Below, piece by piece: positions 1 to 8,582 of a stretch of 64,000 nucleotides of DNA. The translations under genes and the position numbers were made by a program. Under the pieces are notes generated by a model. It was given only the letters and a program-made list of their open reading frames with translations. It ran no database searches and was not told the origin of the DNA. The stretch comes from an uncultured Lachnospiraceae bacterium (GTDB taxonomy: Bacteria > Bacillota > Clostridia > Lachnospirales > Lachnospiraceae). The stretch covers positions 13,803 through 77,802 of the forward strand of contig CALWSF010000008.1 of the NCBI GenBank assembly GCA_944384125.1, read 5' to 3'. The stretch's first letter is position 1, and each line of letters opens with the position of its first letter.

Positions 1-90
1 ATTAGTTGGATAGGCTCACTTCAAACCGTCTGGAATTCCATACGGTTTGAACCTTTTAAGGTAAATTATTTTGGATTAGAAATCATTCTA

Positions 91-119
91 TTTACAAAAG
101 TATATTTGTCGCGTATAAT
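91..119 (+). promoter_or_regulatory. sigmaA-type promoter driving putative sRNA A
   Basis: TTTACA(91-96)-17 nt-TATAAT(114-119). Confidence 0.6.
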
Positions 120-125
120 AAACTG

Positions 126-270
126 GCTAATAGTATATACTAGTAATGTGCTGAATGTCTCAGGGCTTATTTAAATGTGTTGAGCATCGGAAAGTACAAG
201 AGCGATCAAGAAGGGTTTCCTGTACGGTGTTTGTTTACAAATGCTTGAGTCAGGAAGCTCTTTTATTTTT
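126..270 (+). ncRNA. Putative small RNA A ending in a long hairpin and U-tract
   Basis: Promoter upstream; stem 211-222/251-262 with inner stem 227-233/238-244; T-tract follows; no ORF. Confidence 0.4.
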
Positions 271-310
271 TCCATTTTAAATAGGCATCAATTTTGATAT
301 TTGTACATAT

Positions 311-338
311 TTGACTTTTTTGCTTTTCGTGTTATAAT
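311..338 (+). promoter_or_regulatory. sigmaA promoter with extended -10 driving putative sRNA B
   Basis: TTGACT(311-316)-16 nt-TATAAT(333-338), with TG at -15/-14. Confidence 0.7.
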
Positions 339-344
339 ATAGTT

Positions 345-390
345 GAACCACTGAAAGCGCGAATGCGTCGTAGGTGGTGTTTTTTATTTT
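345..390 (+). ncRNA. Putative DUF3800-associated small hairpin RNA, convergent with the DUF3800 gene
   Basis: ACCAC(347-351)/GTGGT(374-378) outer stem, GCGC-GAAT-GCGT inner hairpin, U-tract overlapping the DUF3800 stop codon. Confidence 0.55.
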
Positions 391-1169
391 GGATAAATAA
401 CAAGACCATGTTTATTAGAGCTTGCCTTGGTATTTAACACTCCGTTTTTATTGAATGTTGCCATTACTCTGCCGACAAATTCTTCATCAATTAGATTTTG
501 AATTCTGTTTGGGAGAGGATCTTTTCGGTATCTTGTTTTGTAATACAGATGGACAAAATAGGATACAAAATCACAAACTTGAATAAAATAAGATTCTCTT
601 GAATCTTTATCCATAACATCCTCAATAAGATTGCGAATTGGTTTATTAATATATCCACCAAATTGAGATTGTATTGGATTGAAAGCGCGAATGGCTCGTG
701 CTGTTTTTCTCATTGGAGCAATTCTTCCTTTGTCCGTAATGATTAGATAATTCCAGTCTCCGGAACTGTCGTTTTCTATTCTCTGGATGTTGTAAGTTAA
801 TGCAGTTTCTAGTATGTTATAATCTTTAGTGTTTATATGATGTTTATCAATAATGACATTAATAATCGATATATCCAAAGCGGATATCATAAGGGTAAAT
901 GCTTTCAAAATCTCTAATTTTTGTTCCTTGCTCCAATTATACATTCTGTATGGATTTTTATCAGAGAGAAACTGCTTTGTGTGCATTTCTTGTTTGGAGT
1001 GGAAACCATAATTAACTTTTAATTGTTTTCGAAATTGCTTAATGGTATCATAATTTTTTTGCCAAGATTCGCTTGGCATATATAAACTGGTCAAAATGAA
1101 TGCGTCGCTGGAACTAATATTTAATCCGTCATCTCCAGTTTCATCGCAGTAAACGATTCTGGTATTCAC
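384..1169 (-). CDS. DUF3800 domain protein (RNase H-like fold; possible defence effector)
   Basis: N-terminal VYCDETGD and C-terminal IQVCDFVSY motifs typical of DUF3800. Confidence 0.8.
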   Translation of the reverse strand: MNTRIVYCDETGDDGLNISSSDAFILTSLYMPSESWQKNYDTIKQFRKQLKVNYGFHSKQEMHTKQFLSDKNPYRMYNWSKEQKLEILKAFTLMISALDISIINVIIDKHHINTKDYNILETALTYNIQRIENDSSGDWNYLIITDKGRIAPMRKTARAIRAFNPIQSQFGGYINKPIRNLIEDVMDKDSRESYFIQVCDFVSYFVHLYYKTRYRKDPLPNRIQNLIDEEFVGRVMATFNKNGVLNTKASSNKHGLVIYPK

Positions 1170-1209
1170 AGTTATCTTCCTTTCTTTTGTATTATAATCT
1201 CCGTTGCAG

Positions 1210-2268
1210 CTATTTTACACACACATTGCATGGATCATATTTTCCTGCGGAGAATGCATCGTTTAAGCTACCATTGTTGATTACCTTTGAGCGTTTCAGC
1301 GTGGAGCAATTCCGGCTATTATGATAAGATTTTCCTCCAGGTGTCCAATAGACTACAGAAGCGGCCTCTTGAGTATTTGCTGTGCTGGCTCCAGATTGTT
1401 GGGGTTGTGCAGGAATCTCATTGGGATCGCCAGGAGTATAGTCATTGCATGGATTAACATTCCAAGTAATTGTGTTGCCGTCAGTAGATGCGACAATATT
1501 TCCCTGTTTATCTGTGCGGAAGAGTTGGATCCCCATAACCTGAAGCTTTTCCATGGAATCTGCATGAGGATGTCCGTATGAATTGCCAGTGCCGCAAGAG
1601 AGCACAGCATATTCAGGAACCGCCTCTTGTAGGAGAGTCCAACTAGTTGAGCTGGCGGATCCGTGATGCCCCATAACATATACATCACTGTCTAAAGTTA
1701 ATCCGGATGCGACCATATTTTCTTCACTTTGGGCTTCGGCGTCTCCGGTTAAGAGAAAACTTGAGTTTCCATCTTGAATACGAATTGCGATGGAATTATT
1801 ATTTGAATCACTGGAAATTTCAGATGGAGCCAGCACCTGAATGGATGCGTCTCCAAGCTGAATCATCTGGCCAACTGCGGGTTGGATGCAACTGAGGCCT
1901 TTGTTTGTTAATGTGCTGGTAAATGAACGGTAAATATTTGTATCTGCAGTATAATTGGGGCCCCATACATTAGAAACCGGAAAAGCATTTAGAGCACCAA
2001 CAATACCGTTTAAATGATCTGAATCATAGTGGGAAGCTACCACATAATCCAAATTCGAGACACCTTCCTGCTGAAGGTAGGATACGACATAGCTGGATTT
2101 ATCAGCATCGCCCCCATCATAGAGCATGTAATGTCCCTGAGATTCAATTAGAACAGAAAGACCTTGTCCCACATCCATAACATGGACATCCGTTTGAGCT
2201 TGAGCTGGAAAACTCATTAATCCACTTATGCACAGTGCATATGCCAAAATTCGGGTTTTCTTTTTCAT
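1210..2268 (-). CDS. Secreted ComEC/Rec2-like metallo-beta-lactamase-fold hydrolase with C-terminal Zn-binding domain
   Basis: Signal peptide MKKKTRILAYALC; DVGQG, SHYDSDHLNG, GHHGS, YGHP motifs; C-terminal YH..C..CxxC; start re-called at RBS-proximal ATG. Confidence 0.85.
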   Translation of the reverse strand: MKKKTRILAYALCISGLMSFPAQAQTDVHVMDVGQGLSVLIESQGHYMLYDGGDADKSSYVVSYLQQEGVSNLDYVVASHYDSDHLNGIVGALNAFPVSNVWGPNYTADTNIYRSFTSTLTNKGLSCIQPAVGQMIQLGDASIQVLAPSEISSDSNNNSIAIRIQDGNSSFLLTGDAEAQSEENMVASGLTLDSDVYVMGHHGSASSTSWTLLQEAVPEYAVLSCGTGNSYGHPHADSMEKLQVMGIQLFRTDKQGNIVASTDGNTITWNVNPCNDYTPGDPNEIPAQPQQSGASTANTQEAASVVYWTPGGKSYHNSRNCSTLKRSKVINNGSLNDAFSAGKYDPCNVCVK

Positions 2269-2288
2269 ATGAGAGTCCCCTTTCAAAT

Positions 2289-2819
2289 TTAGTGACACAG
2301 TTTGCAGGCAGAGTATCCCTGAGCATCCAGATAAGATGCATCACTGCAATATCCCATGTTTGCAGCATTCATATCACTGACAGCTCTACAGGATGGATTG
2401 TGATATTTTCCGGTATTGGTATTAACAATAATCGTGTATCCGTCATAAGGAGTTGTTGAAATTCCAGCTATAGTGTTGGCCTGTGTGGTCTGTGTAGTTG
2501 GGGGAGTTGTAGGCAAAACCGGAGCGGCAATCTGTGTCTGTACAATACCATTTACAGTCCAAGCGCCGGAAGCATCTACGGTATTTCCGTCTGGAGTTGT
2601 GGTATTCATTAAACAATAGCCATTTTCATTAAAATAATAGTATTCAGATATGCCATCTCCATTTCCGTCGATCCACTGCCAGCAGTTTGCCGGATAGGTG
2701 CCGTCATCATTTTGCCACCACCAGCCAGTTGTATCCTGTTGCCAGACACCGGCATAAGCTGATGATGAGATGGCTGCGCTCATAAGTGCTGCTGTGATTA
2801 ATAATCTTGTTTTTTTCAT
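2289..2819 (-). CDS. Secreted cell-wall/choline-binding-repeat protein with C-terminal Ada-like Zn-binding domain
   Basis: Signal peptide; WQQDTTGWWWQNDDGTYP and YYFNENGY repeats; KYHNPSC...CKLCH. Confidence 0.75.
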   Translation of the reverse strand: MKKTRLLITAALMSAAISSSAYAGVWQQDTTGWWWQNDDGTYPANCWQWIDGNGDGISEYYYFNENGYCLMNTTTPDGNTVDASGAWTVNGIVQTQIAAPVLPTTPPTTQTTQANTIAGISTTPYDGYTIIVNTNTGKYHNPSCRAVSDMNAANMGYCSDASYLDAQGYSACKLCH

Positions 2820-2984
2820 TATAAATCCCCCTTTATAATTAATTTCTACAAACCAGTTCTTTTGCACGTAAATTACTTTAAATCGGTAAATTTGACGAAA
2901 TGGTCAGTAGGCTCAGAACTGCTAATTTTTCTTATATATTTAATTAATCCAGTTCCATTTTTTATCCCTTTTGAAATTAGTTTT

Positions 2985-3632
2985 TTAGTTTTCGTTATAT
3001 TTTTCAGAGATACTAGATAATGCAGCATCATTTTCTGCATCTAAAGATTCCCAAATTGTTTCTAATTCTTGTGAGTGTTGCTCCAAACTGGATGTAGATG
3101 GGGTAATCAATTCATCTGATGGATATTCATAGAGCTCCATTGTACCTACTAAACTAGGCTCTAAATAATAAATATGCTGATTATCACTATTTATAATCCA
3201 AATGATAGACCATGTATCAAGTGTTTCATAGTAAACAGTTTCAGCCTCCAGTTTCATAAGATTTGTTTGGATTAAAAAAGTAGCATCAATTTGGGAAGAT
3301 GACTCATTTGCATCTTTTACATCTAAAGATAAAATATCAGTTTCATTAATACCAATTTCGAGAAGTGCAGATTTTATAATATTTTTGGGAATATCCCAAT
3401 TAACATCTAAATTAAAATCAGAAGTAGATATACTATTTGTTTCTTCAGAAGCATTGGAGGTTTCAAGTAGTTTTTTCTCTTCTTCTGATTCTTCAGTGGA
3501 AGCTGCTGTTTCCTTTTTTGTTTCAATCAAGGAAGTATTGTCACTAGAAACAGTAGATTTCGATTTTTCTCCACAAGCTGACAGAATAATGGATGCCAGC
3601 AATACACTGGTAAAAAGCTTTGCTTTTCTCAT
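2985..3632 (-). CDS. Phage lipoprotein (possible superinfection exclusion)
   Basis: Lipobox LSAC after hydrophobic stretch; S/T/E-rich linker. Confidence 0.7.
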   Translation of the reverse strand: MRKAKLFTSVLLASIILSACGEKSKSTVSSDNTSLIETKKETAASTEESEEEKKLLETSNASEETNSISTSDFNLDVNWDIPKNIIKSALLEIGINETDILSLDVKDANESSSQIDATFLIQTNLMKLEAETVYYETLDTWSIIWIINSDNQHIYYLEPSLVGTMELYEYPSDELITPSTSSLEQHSQELETIWESLDAENDAALSSISEKYNEN

Positions 3633-3675
3633 TTTTTTTTCCTCAATAATATTATTTTTTATTAAAACAAGTAGG

Positions 3676-4119
3676 CTATTTTAATCTCAATTCTATCAGT
3701 TCCTTTGGATATCCAGTATGCCGACAGAAGTCCTCTTTTGTATAATCAGAGTAAACTTCTAACATATCTGCATCTATAAGCAGTTCGGCAGCGAAAAGAT
3801 TCGCTTCTCTCTCAATTCCTGTTGTCAAAAGTAATGTCTTGTGTTTTAAGAAGGCGCAATTCTCTTTTCTATGAAGCAGGGCGTGTCCCAGTTCATGTGC
3901 CACCACAACGCGAAAGAGTGGACTGTCGGTTTGGATGTTATCATTTACAAATATCCATCTTTTTCGTTTTAAAAGCATATAGTTTCCGGCAATTTCTCCT
4001 AGCGGAAGGCATGCGATCCGAATGCCAGCGGCCTTTGCGATGGTCACTGGATCTCTGGATCCGGCCATACGAGAATAGTACCGTATCAGCCGCCGAATTC
4101 TGTGATGTATTGTTTCCAA
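3676..4119 (-). CDS. immA: ImmA/IrrE-family metallopeptidase (antirepressor)
   Basis: AHELGH zincin motif and EREANLFAAELL; adjacent to repressor. Confidence 0.9.
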   Translation of the reverse strand: METIHHRIRRLIRYYSRMAGSRDPVTIAKAAGIRIACLPLGEIAGNYMLLKRKRWIFVNDNIQTDSPLFRVVVAHELGHALLHRKENCAFLKHKTLLLTTGIEREANLFAAELLIDADMLEVYSDYTKEDFCRHTGYPKELIELRLK

Positions 4120-4130
4120 ATCATCAACAC

Positions 4131-4553
4131 CTACTTTTTGTTTTTATTTGGATTGTATTTTTCTTTGTTTTCTTTTTTTGTTTCCCGGAGAGCATATTCG
4201 ATTGCATTCTGGAGCAAATTGATAGAATCGCTTCCAATTTCCTTGCCATTATAGTAAAGAGGTCCGTCATTTCCCTTTCTGATTTCTCCCATGATCCGGT
4301 CGAGATCTTTTGCGATGTCACGTTCATCTCTAGCAGTCAGTTCTGGATCATTCAATTCGTTTTCTTTGCCAGTCATTAAATACTCAACAGACACACCAAA
4401 ATAGTCAGCGAGTTTTTGCAAACGGTCAGATTTAGGTGTACTGTTTTTCCACTTGGAAATAGAACCATTAGAAAAACCAAGTTCTTTTTCTAATTTTCCT
4501 TGCGATATTCCTGTTGATTTTCGTAATTCTTCAATTCGCTCAAATACTGTCAC
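4131..4553 (-). CDS. CI-like XRE repressor
   Basis: HTH SQGKLEKELGFSNGSISKWK...LADYFGVSVEYL; GTG start after AGGAGG. Confidence 0.9.
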   Translation of the reverse strand: MTVFERIEELRKSTGISQGKLEKELGFSNGSISKWKNSTPKSDRLQKLADYFGVSVEYLMTGKENELNDPELTARDERDIAKDLDRIMGEIRKGNDGPLYYNGKEIGSDSINLLQNAIEYALRETKKENKEKYNPNKNKK

Positions 4554-4570
4554 GATGTTCCTCCTAAAAC

Positions 4571-4749
4571 ACAGAAAAAGTTCTGTAATACCTCTTGACA
4601 ATTAGAAAGTTTTCGGTATAATAGGAGACGTGATACAGAAAACTTTCGGTAAACCATGAAGAGATAGTGCCGAAAATATTCAGCTAAGTTGACAACCTTA
4701 TATTAGAATATTTTCAGCAAAAAGTCAATAGAAACAGAAAATTTTCCGT
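4571..4749. promoter_or_regulatory. Lysis-lysogeny switch: about six 16-bp imperfect palindromic operators and two promoters
   Basis: ACAGAA-N4-TTCTGT-like sites at 4571, 4602, 4635, 4669, 4703, 4734; rightward TTGACA(4595)-16-TATAAT(4617); leftward TTGACT(4728-4723)-17-TAATAT(4705-4700). Confidence 0.75.
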
Positions 4750-4778
4750 ATCTGAAACTGACTTATGGAGGTAAATGT

Positions 4779-4973
4779 GTGATATACGACAATGTGAAAC
4801 GTGTTTGTGACGAAAAGGGAATTTCTGTAGGAAAGCTTGAAAAAGAATTAGGCATGTCCAATGGAAGCATTTGTAAATGGAATGAAAATGAGCCTGGAAT
4901 TCGTAAGGTTCAGAAGGTAGCAAAGTATTTGGGGGTTTCTATTGAAAAACTGCTGATAGAGAGTGAGGAGTAA
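4779..4973 (+). CDS. Cro-like XRE regulator
   Basis: Short HTH similar to the CI N-terminus; divergent from CI. Confidence 0.9.
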   Translation: MIYDNVKRVCDEKGISVGKLEKELGMSNGSICKWNENEPGIRKVQKVAKYLGVSIEKLLIESEE

Positions 4974-5021
4974 AAAAGAAAAAGCCACTGGAAAATATAG
5001 TGACTTTTCTCTGTAAAGGAC

Positions 5022-6212
5022 TTAGTTTTTATTTCTTAATTCGTATGCAAGGCGATACATATGCTTACATGGTTTATGGCGTTTCATAAAGTCAGGACAA
5101 GTGCATTTGGAAAGAGAAGTTATATATCGTTCACTTGTCCCTTGAAAAATTCCCTGACAAGAATCCGTGGAAATTTCAATCGGGGAAAGTCGTTTGGCAT
5201 AGGAACGCCATTGCCTTTGAATTTGTTTTGTAGAACCATGATCAGCTTTCCAATTTTCCCAACTGTTAAGTGTTTGAACTGGGATATTAACTTCTAAGAA
5301 TTCAGTTGCAGTAAGAAAAGCCTGCGTGGTCTTTTTATTTCTTTTGTCAGGAGCACCGTGAGAACGCCAAAACCATATGTGATCATAAGTAAGAGAGCGG
5401 ATAGCTTCTAATAATGAAGCATCGGATAAAAAAGCGTCTCCAAATTCTTCAAAAACTTTTTTGTATTTGGAATGCTCTGGTGCAGTGATGTGCCAGATTC
5501 CATGAAAAACGCAGTAAACAAAATATGAAAAGAAGGTAAGACATTGTTTGTCATCGCCAGAGTGTAACATAGCTTCTATCCCAACTTCCGGAGAACTGTA
5601 AGGGGAAAGGCAAATACCATTTTTTCCTGCTATTTCTAAAAGTTCAGGGGTAATATAATCAGCTTCCAATTCTCCCAGTTTTCGGCTGATGAGAAAACTA
5701 AGGTCTTCTACAGAGCATGAGGCAGGGATGGGAATATTTAATTCTTTGGCAAATTTCAGTTGAGCTTCAGAAGCTGAGCGTTCGGTTCTGGCATTTGAAT
5801 CAATGCTTATTTCATAGGGAGGGAGAAGATAAGTTTTTTGAGCAATGATTTCGGCAGAAGTATCTTCTTTGAGGATTATTGTTTCTGTTTTTTGTCGATT
5901 TGTTTGAGGGTTTTTCCCTTTAATTTTGTACACATGAAAGCGAGAAATCTGTTCATAGTTTGGGTAATCAAATGATAAATCCTGGGATTTAAATGTTGAA
6001 TATGAAGAATAGGAACTTTCTGTTGTATTAAGAGTAATAGGCTCTTCAGAACTCCAAGAATTTGAACAAGAGGATTCTTGAGCTTTCTTGGAGGAAGAGC
6101 AACGCAAAGAGTAGATTACTATAAAAATTAAGAGTGCTACCAATAAGGGCCAAAGGCTGAGCAAGGTAGTGATGAAATTTATAAATCCTGTTAACAAATC
6201 AAAAATAAACAT
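5022..6212 (-). CDS. Membrane-anchored SWIM Zn-finger protein (accessory gene)
   Basis: N-terminal TM helix; C-terminal CTCPDFMKRHKPCKHMYRL (CxC-x8-CxH). Confidence 0.8.
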   Translation of the reverse strand: MFIFDLLTGFINFITTLLSLWPLLVALLIFIVIYSLRCSSSKKAQESSCSNSWSSEEPITLNTTESSYSSYSTFKSQDLSFDYPNYEQISRFHVYKIKGKNPQTNRQKTETIILKEDTSAEIIAQKTYLLPPYEISIDSNARTERSASEAQLKFAKELNIPIPASCSVEDLSFLISRKLGELEADYITPELLEIAGKNGICLSPYSSPEVGIEAMLHSGDDKQCLTFFSYFVYCVFHGIWHITAPEHSKYKKVFEEFGDAFLSDASLLEAIRSLTYDHIWFWRSHGAPDKRNKKTTQAFLTATEFLEVNIPVQTLNSWENWKADHGSTKQIQRQWRSYAKRLSPIEISTDSCQGIFQGTSERYITSLSKCTCPDFMKRHKPCKHMYRLAYELRNKN

Positions 6213-6473
6213 AAGAGCCTCCTGGTTATAAAAAATTACAAGATACAGAAAAAGTATAGCATAGGAGAGAGAAAAAAACAGTAGGGAAAGGAGCGTGAGA
6301 TGGATGAATGTATTTATTGAGGATTATCAGTTCGATTCCCAGTCTTCAATGTCTGGGGGAACATCGCATACCGAACCGTCCAAGGAATCCCATTTATAGC
6401 ATCCAGTCACATGATTGTATACATCACTGGCCGCAGGAGGTTCGGATGCTTTTTAAGAAGGAAGGTGTGAGAT

Positions 6474-6734
6474 ATGATGACTCCACGTATGTTACGATTT
6501 TTAAAAAATGATGGGATTGACCTGGAAAAAACAGAGAAGGCCTGTAGGGAGATGTTTGCGATACTTGAATCTCATGATTTCAACCTGAAGGAAACGTATT
6601 TCTTACTTTCCTCAATGAACAGCATTCTGGGAGCGATGACCAAGGACGATCCATTGAGGAAAGTTGGAGCGTTTGATTATTCATCTTCGATTAAAGAAAC
6701 GTTATCTTTAGATGCGAATTGTATGCCATTTTGA
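6474..6734 (+). CDS. Hypothetical early phage protein
   Basis: RBS AAGGAAGGTG; same strand as early operon. Confidence 0.55.
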   Translation: MMTPRMLRFLKNDGIDLEKTEKACREMFAILESHDFNLKETYFLLSSMNSILGAMTKDDPLRKVGAFDYSSSIKETLSLDANCMPF

Positions 6735-6795
6735 GTAAAAAAGGAAAATAAGAAGCTTCTATCGAGGAGCTACTAAAGTAGGAGGTAAAAGATAT

Positions 6796-6957
6796 ATGGC
6801 TTATCTTATGGTAATGCAAGGTATTACTTTTCTTGCACTCGGATTGGTGTTGCATGGAATGGCAACAGACAATCCGGTAACTACAGTGATAGGACAGCTT
6901 ATAGCATTTATTATGGTTGTTGCATGTTTGATATTAGCGCTCTTTAAAGTGGCGTAA
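6796..6957 (+). CDS. Small two-TM membrane protein, 53 aa (not in ORF track)
   Basis: GGAGGT RBS; MAYLMVMQGITFLALGLVLHG...LILALFKVA*. Confidence 0.6.
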   Translation: MAYLMVMQGITFLALGLVLHGMATDNPVTTVIGQLIAFIMVVACLILALFKVA

Positions 6958-7314
6958 ATCATCGTACATGGCCAGTAAAACATCGGCTTGAGAATCAGGG
7001 AAATTTTTACTATCTGTGATGAGATATTGAGCATATAAAGCTATTTTTTCCTGTGTATGCGATGTTGAAAAAAGGATAGCTTTACTGGTTGCTGTATTCA
7101 GAGAAACTGCGTTTTCATTAGAAGGATCTTTCATATAACTGGAAGAAACAATCAAAAAGTTTTTGTAAGCCTCCGCTTTTTCGTTAAAAAAAAGTTCTAA
7201 AACTTTTAGACGATATTGGGCGCGAGTTGTTATGAAGGCTGAAAGCACAGGAGCTAAAACGGCAGAAATGCCAGTTGCGGAAATGGCTATGATGGAAAGA
7301 ATCGTTTCATTCAT
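6934..7314 (-). CDS. Antisense accessory protein with N-terminal TM helix
   Basis: RBS GAAAGGAA; own promoter TTGATT(7399-7394)-17-TATACT(7376-7371). Confidence 0.7.
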   Translation of the reverse strand: MNETILSIIAISATGISAVLAPVLSAFITTRAQYRLKVLELFFNEKAEAYKNFLIVSSSYMKDPSNENAVSLNTATSKAILFSTSHTQEKIALYAQYLITDSKNFPDSQADVLLAMYDDLRHFKER

Positions 7315-7421
7315 GATTTTTATTTCCTTTCTGTAATTAAAATTTGGCCCTGGCGGGGGCCTGTAAAAGGAGTATATAGCAGGGAAGTGGATAAATCAAC
7401 CAGAGGAGGAAGGTAAGAGAG

Positions 7422-7697
7422 GTGACACCAGGAAAAATCATTAATGAAGAGAAGCCAATAGCTAACGTCAAAATTATTTCGGAAGGCGGAAATGCTGTGG
7501 TGTATTTAGATGGAGTAAAGGTAAATGGAGTGATAGGGTACGAGATCATCCATGATAGAACAAAGACACAGGTTCCGATCCTCCGCCTCAATATTCAAAG
7601 TAAGTTAGATATTGAGACAGGAGTAATTCCAGAATTACCGGAGCCGTGGAACCTGTGTTATGTCCTTAAATCTGCTGTTTCGGATAAGTTGGTTTAA
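7422..7697 (+). CDS. Hypothetical phage protein
   Basis: RBS and 91-aa ORF in early operon. Confidence 0.55.
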   Translation: MTPGKIINEEKPIANVKIISEGGNAVVYLDGVKVNGVIGYEIIHDRTKTQVPILRLNIQSKLDIETGVIPELPEPWNLCYVLKSAVSDKLV

Positions 7698-7731
7698 ATC
7701 CAATAGTAAGTGTAGAGAAGGGAGGAATATT

Positions 7732-7932
7732 ATGGCGGTCTGTGAACGAGTGACTGTTTGTGATGCAGCGAAAGAACTTGGATGTTCTCCTGCAGCGCTT
7801 CGTGAGCATATGAAAAGGGGATTATGGGATTTAGGTGTCGCATTACCGCCTCAAAAGACCGGGAAAACAGTGTGGGAATTTCACATATATCGCACAAAAT
7901 TGGATCGTCATCTTGGAAAGGTGGGTAGATGA
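7732..7932 (+). CDS. Small HTH DNA-binding protein (excisionase-like)
   Basis: GGAGG RBS; VTVCDAAKELGCSPAALREHMKRG HTH. Confidence 0.7.
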   Translation: MAVCERVTVCDAAKELGCSPAALREHMKRGLWDLGVALPPQKTGKTVWEFHIYRTKLDRHLGKVGR

Positions 7933-8108
7933 ATATGGAGAAAACACAGAAAGAGAACAGTTTTTACGAACTACGCCTGCGCCGGGAATTGCGGAGAGAG
8001 CGGGAGGACCGGCGATTCTGGGAGCAGGCAACATTGGCTGTGAGTTGTGTGGCGGCTATGATGGCGGGAGTATTGCTGGCGGTAGTGTCAGCCGTTGGGA
8101 TAATCTGA
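7929..8108 (+). CDS. Small protein with C-terminal TM, 59 aa (not in ORF track)
   Basis: ATGA overlap with upstream stop; basic N-terminus, hydrophobic C-terminus. Confidence 0.55.
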   Translation: MNMEKTQKENSFYELRLRRELRREREDRRFWEQATLAVSCVAAMMAGVLLAVVSAVGII

Positions 8109-8122
8109 GAGGAGGTGCACTT

Positions 8123-8380
8123 TTGAGTTATAAAGAAATAAGTGTGAGTTACTTACTTGATGACGAAGAATATTCCAGGTTGAAAAAAATTTCTGACAAT
8201 TTAAAAGAAACGGGAGTAATAGATGATAGTACTCCAGAGAAAATATTTGAATTAATTATGACACTGGGGTGGGCGCTGAATCTAAATGATAAGCTTTCGT
8301 TTTTTGAAAGACGCATGGAGGAAGAGCCATCTGGAATAGCTCATGCAGGTACGGAAAATTTTTTGGAGGGTACAAAGTAG
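8123..8380 (+). CDS. Hypothetical phage protein
   Basis: GGAGGT RBS before TTG start, in frame with track ORF 7835-8380. Confidence 0.55.
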   Translation: MSYKEISVSYLLDDEEYSRLKKISDNLKETGVIDDSTPEKIFELIMTLGWALNLNDKLSFFERRMEEEPSGIAHAGTENFLEGTK

Positions 8381-8545
8381 ATGGAAAATGTGGAAAAATA
8401 CGCTGTTTTTCTTCTGGGAGTTGGGGTTGGAATTGGCTGGTATAAGTTTTTTATTATGTATACGCTGGGAAGGTTTACTCATACGGCATGTGATTATTGC
8501 GAGTTCAGGATAAAGAAAGAAGAGCTGTATCCGTCTAAAAAATGA
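8381..8545 (+). CDS. Small hypothetical protein, 54 aa (not in ORF track)
   Basis: ATG abuts upstream stop; GGAGGG upstream; CDYC motif. Confidence 0.45.
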   Translation: MENVEKYAVFLLGVGVGIGWYKFFIMYTLGRFTHTACDYCEFRIKKEELYPSKK

Positions 8546-8582
8546 TTTGTTTTTTTGGTGGACACGGACAAGTTAAAGGAGA

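Noticed and set aside
1-400. Phage integrase and attL
   Set aside because: Not present in the window; expected further left.
6308-6511. 67-aa ORF
   Set aside because: The RBS points to ATG 6300, which stops after 6 codons; no recognisable features.
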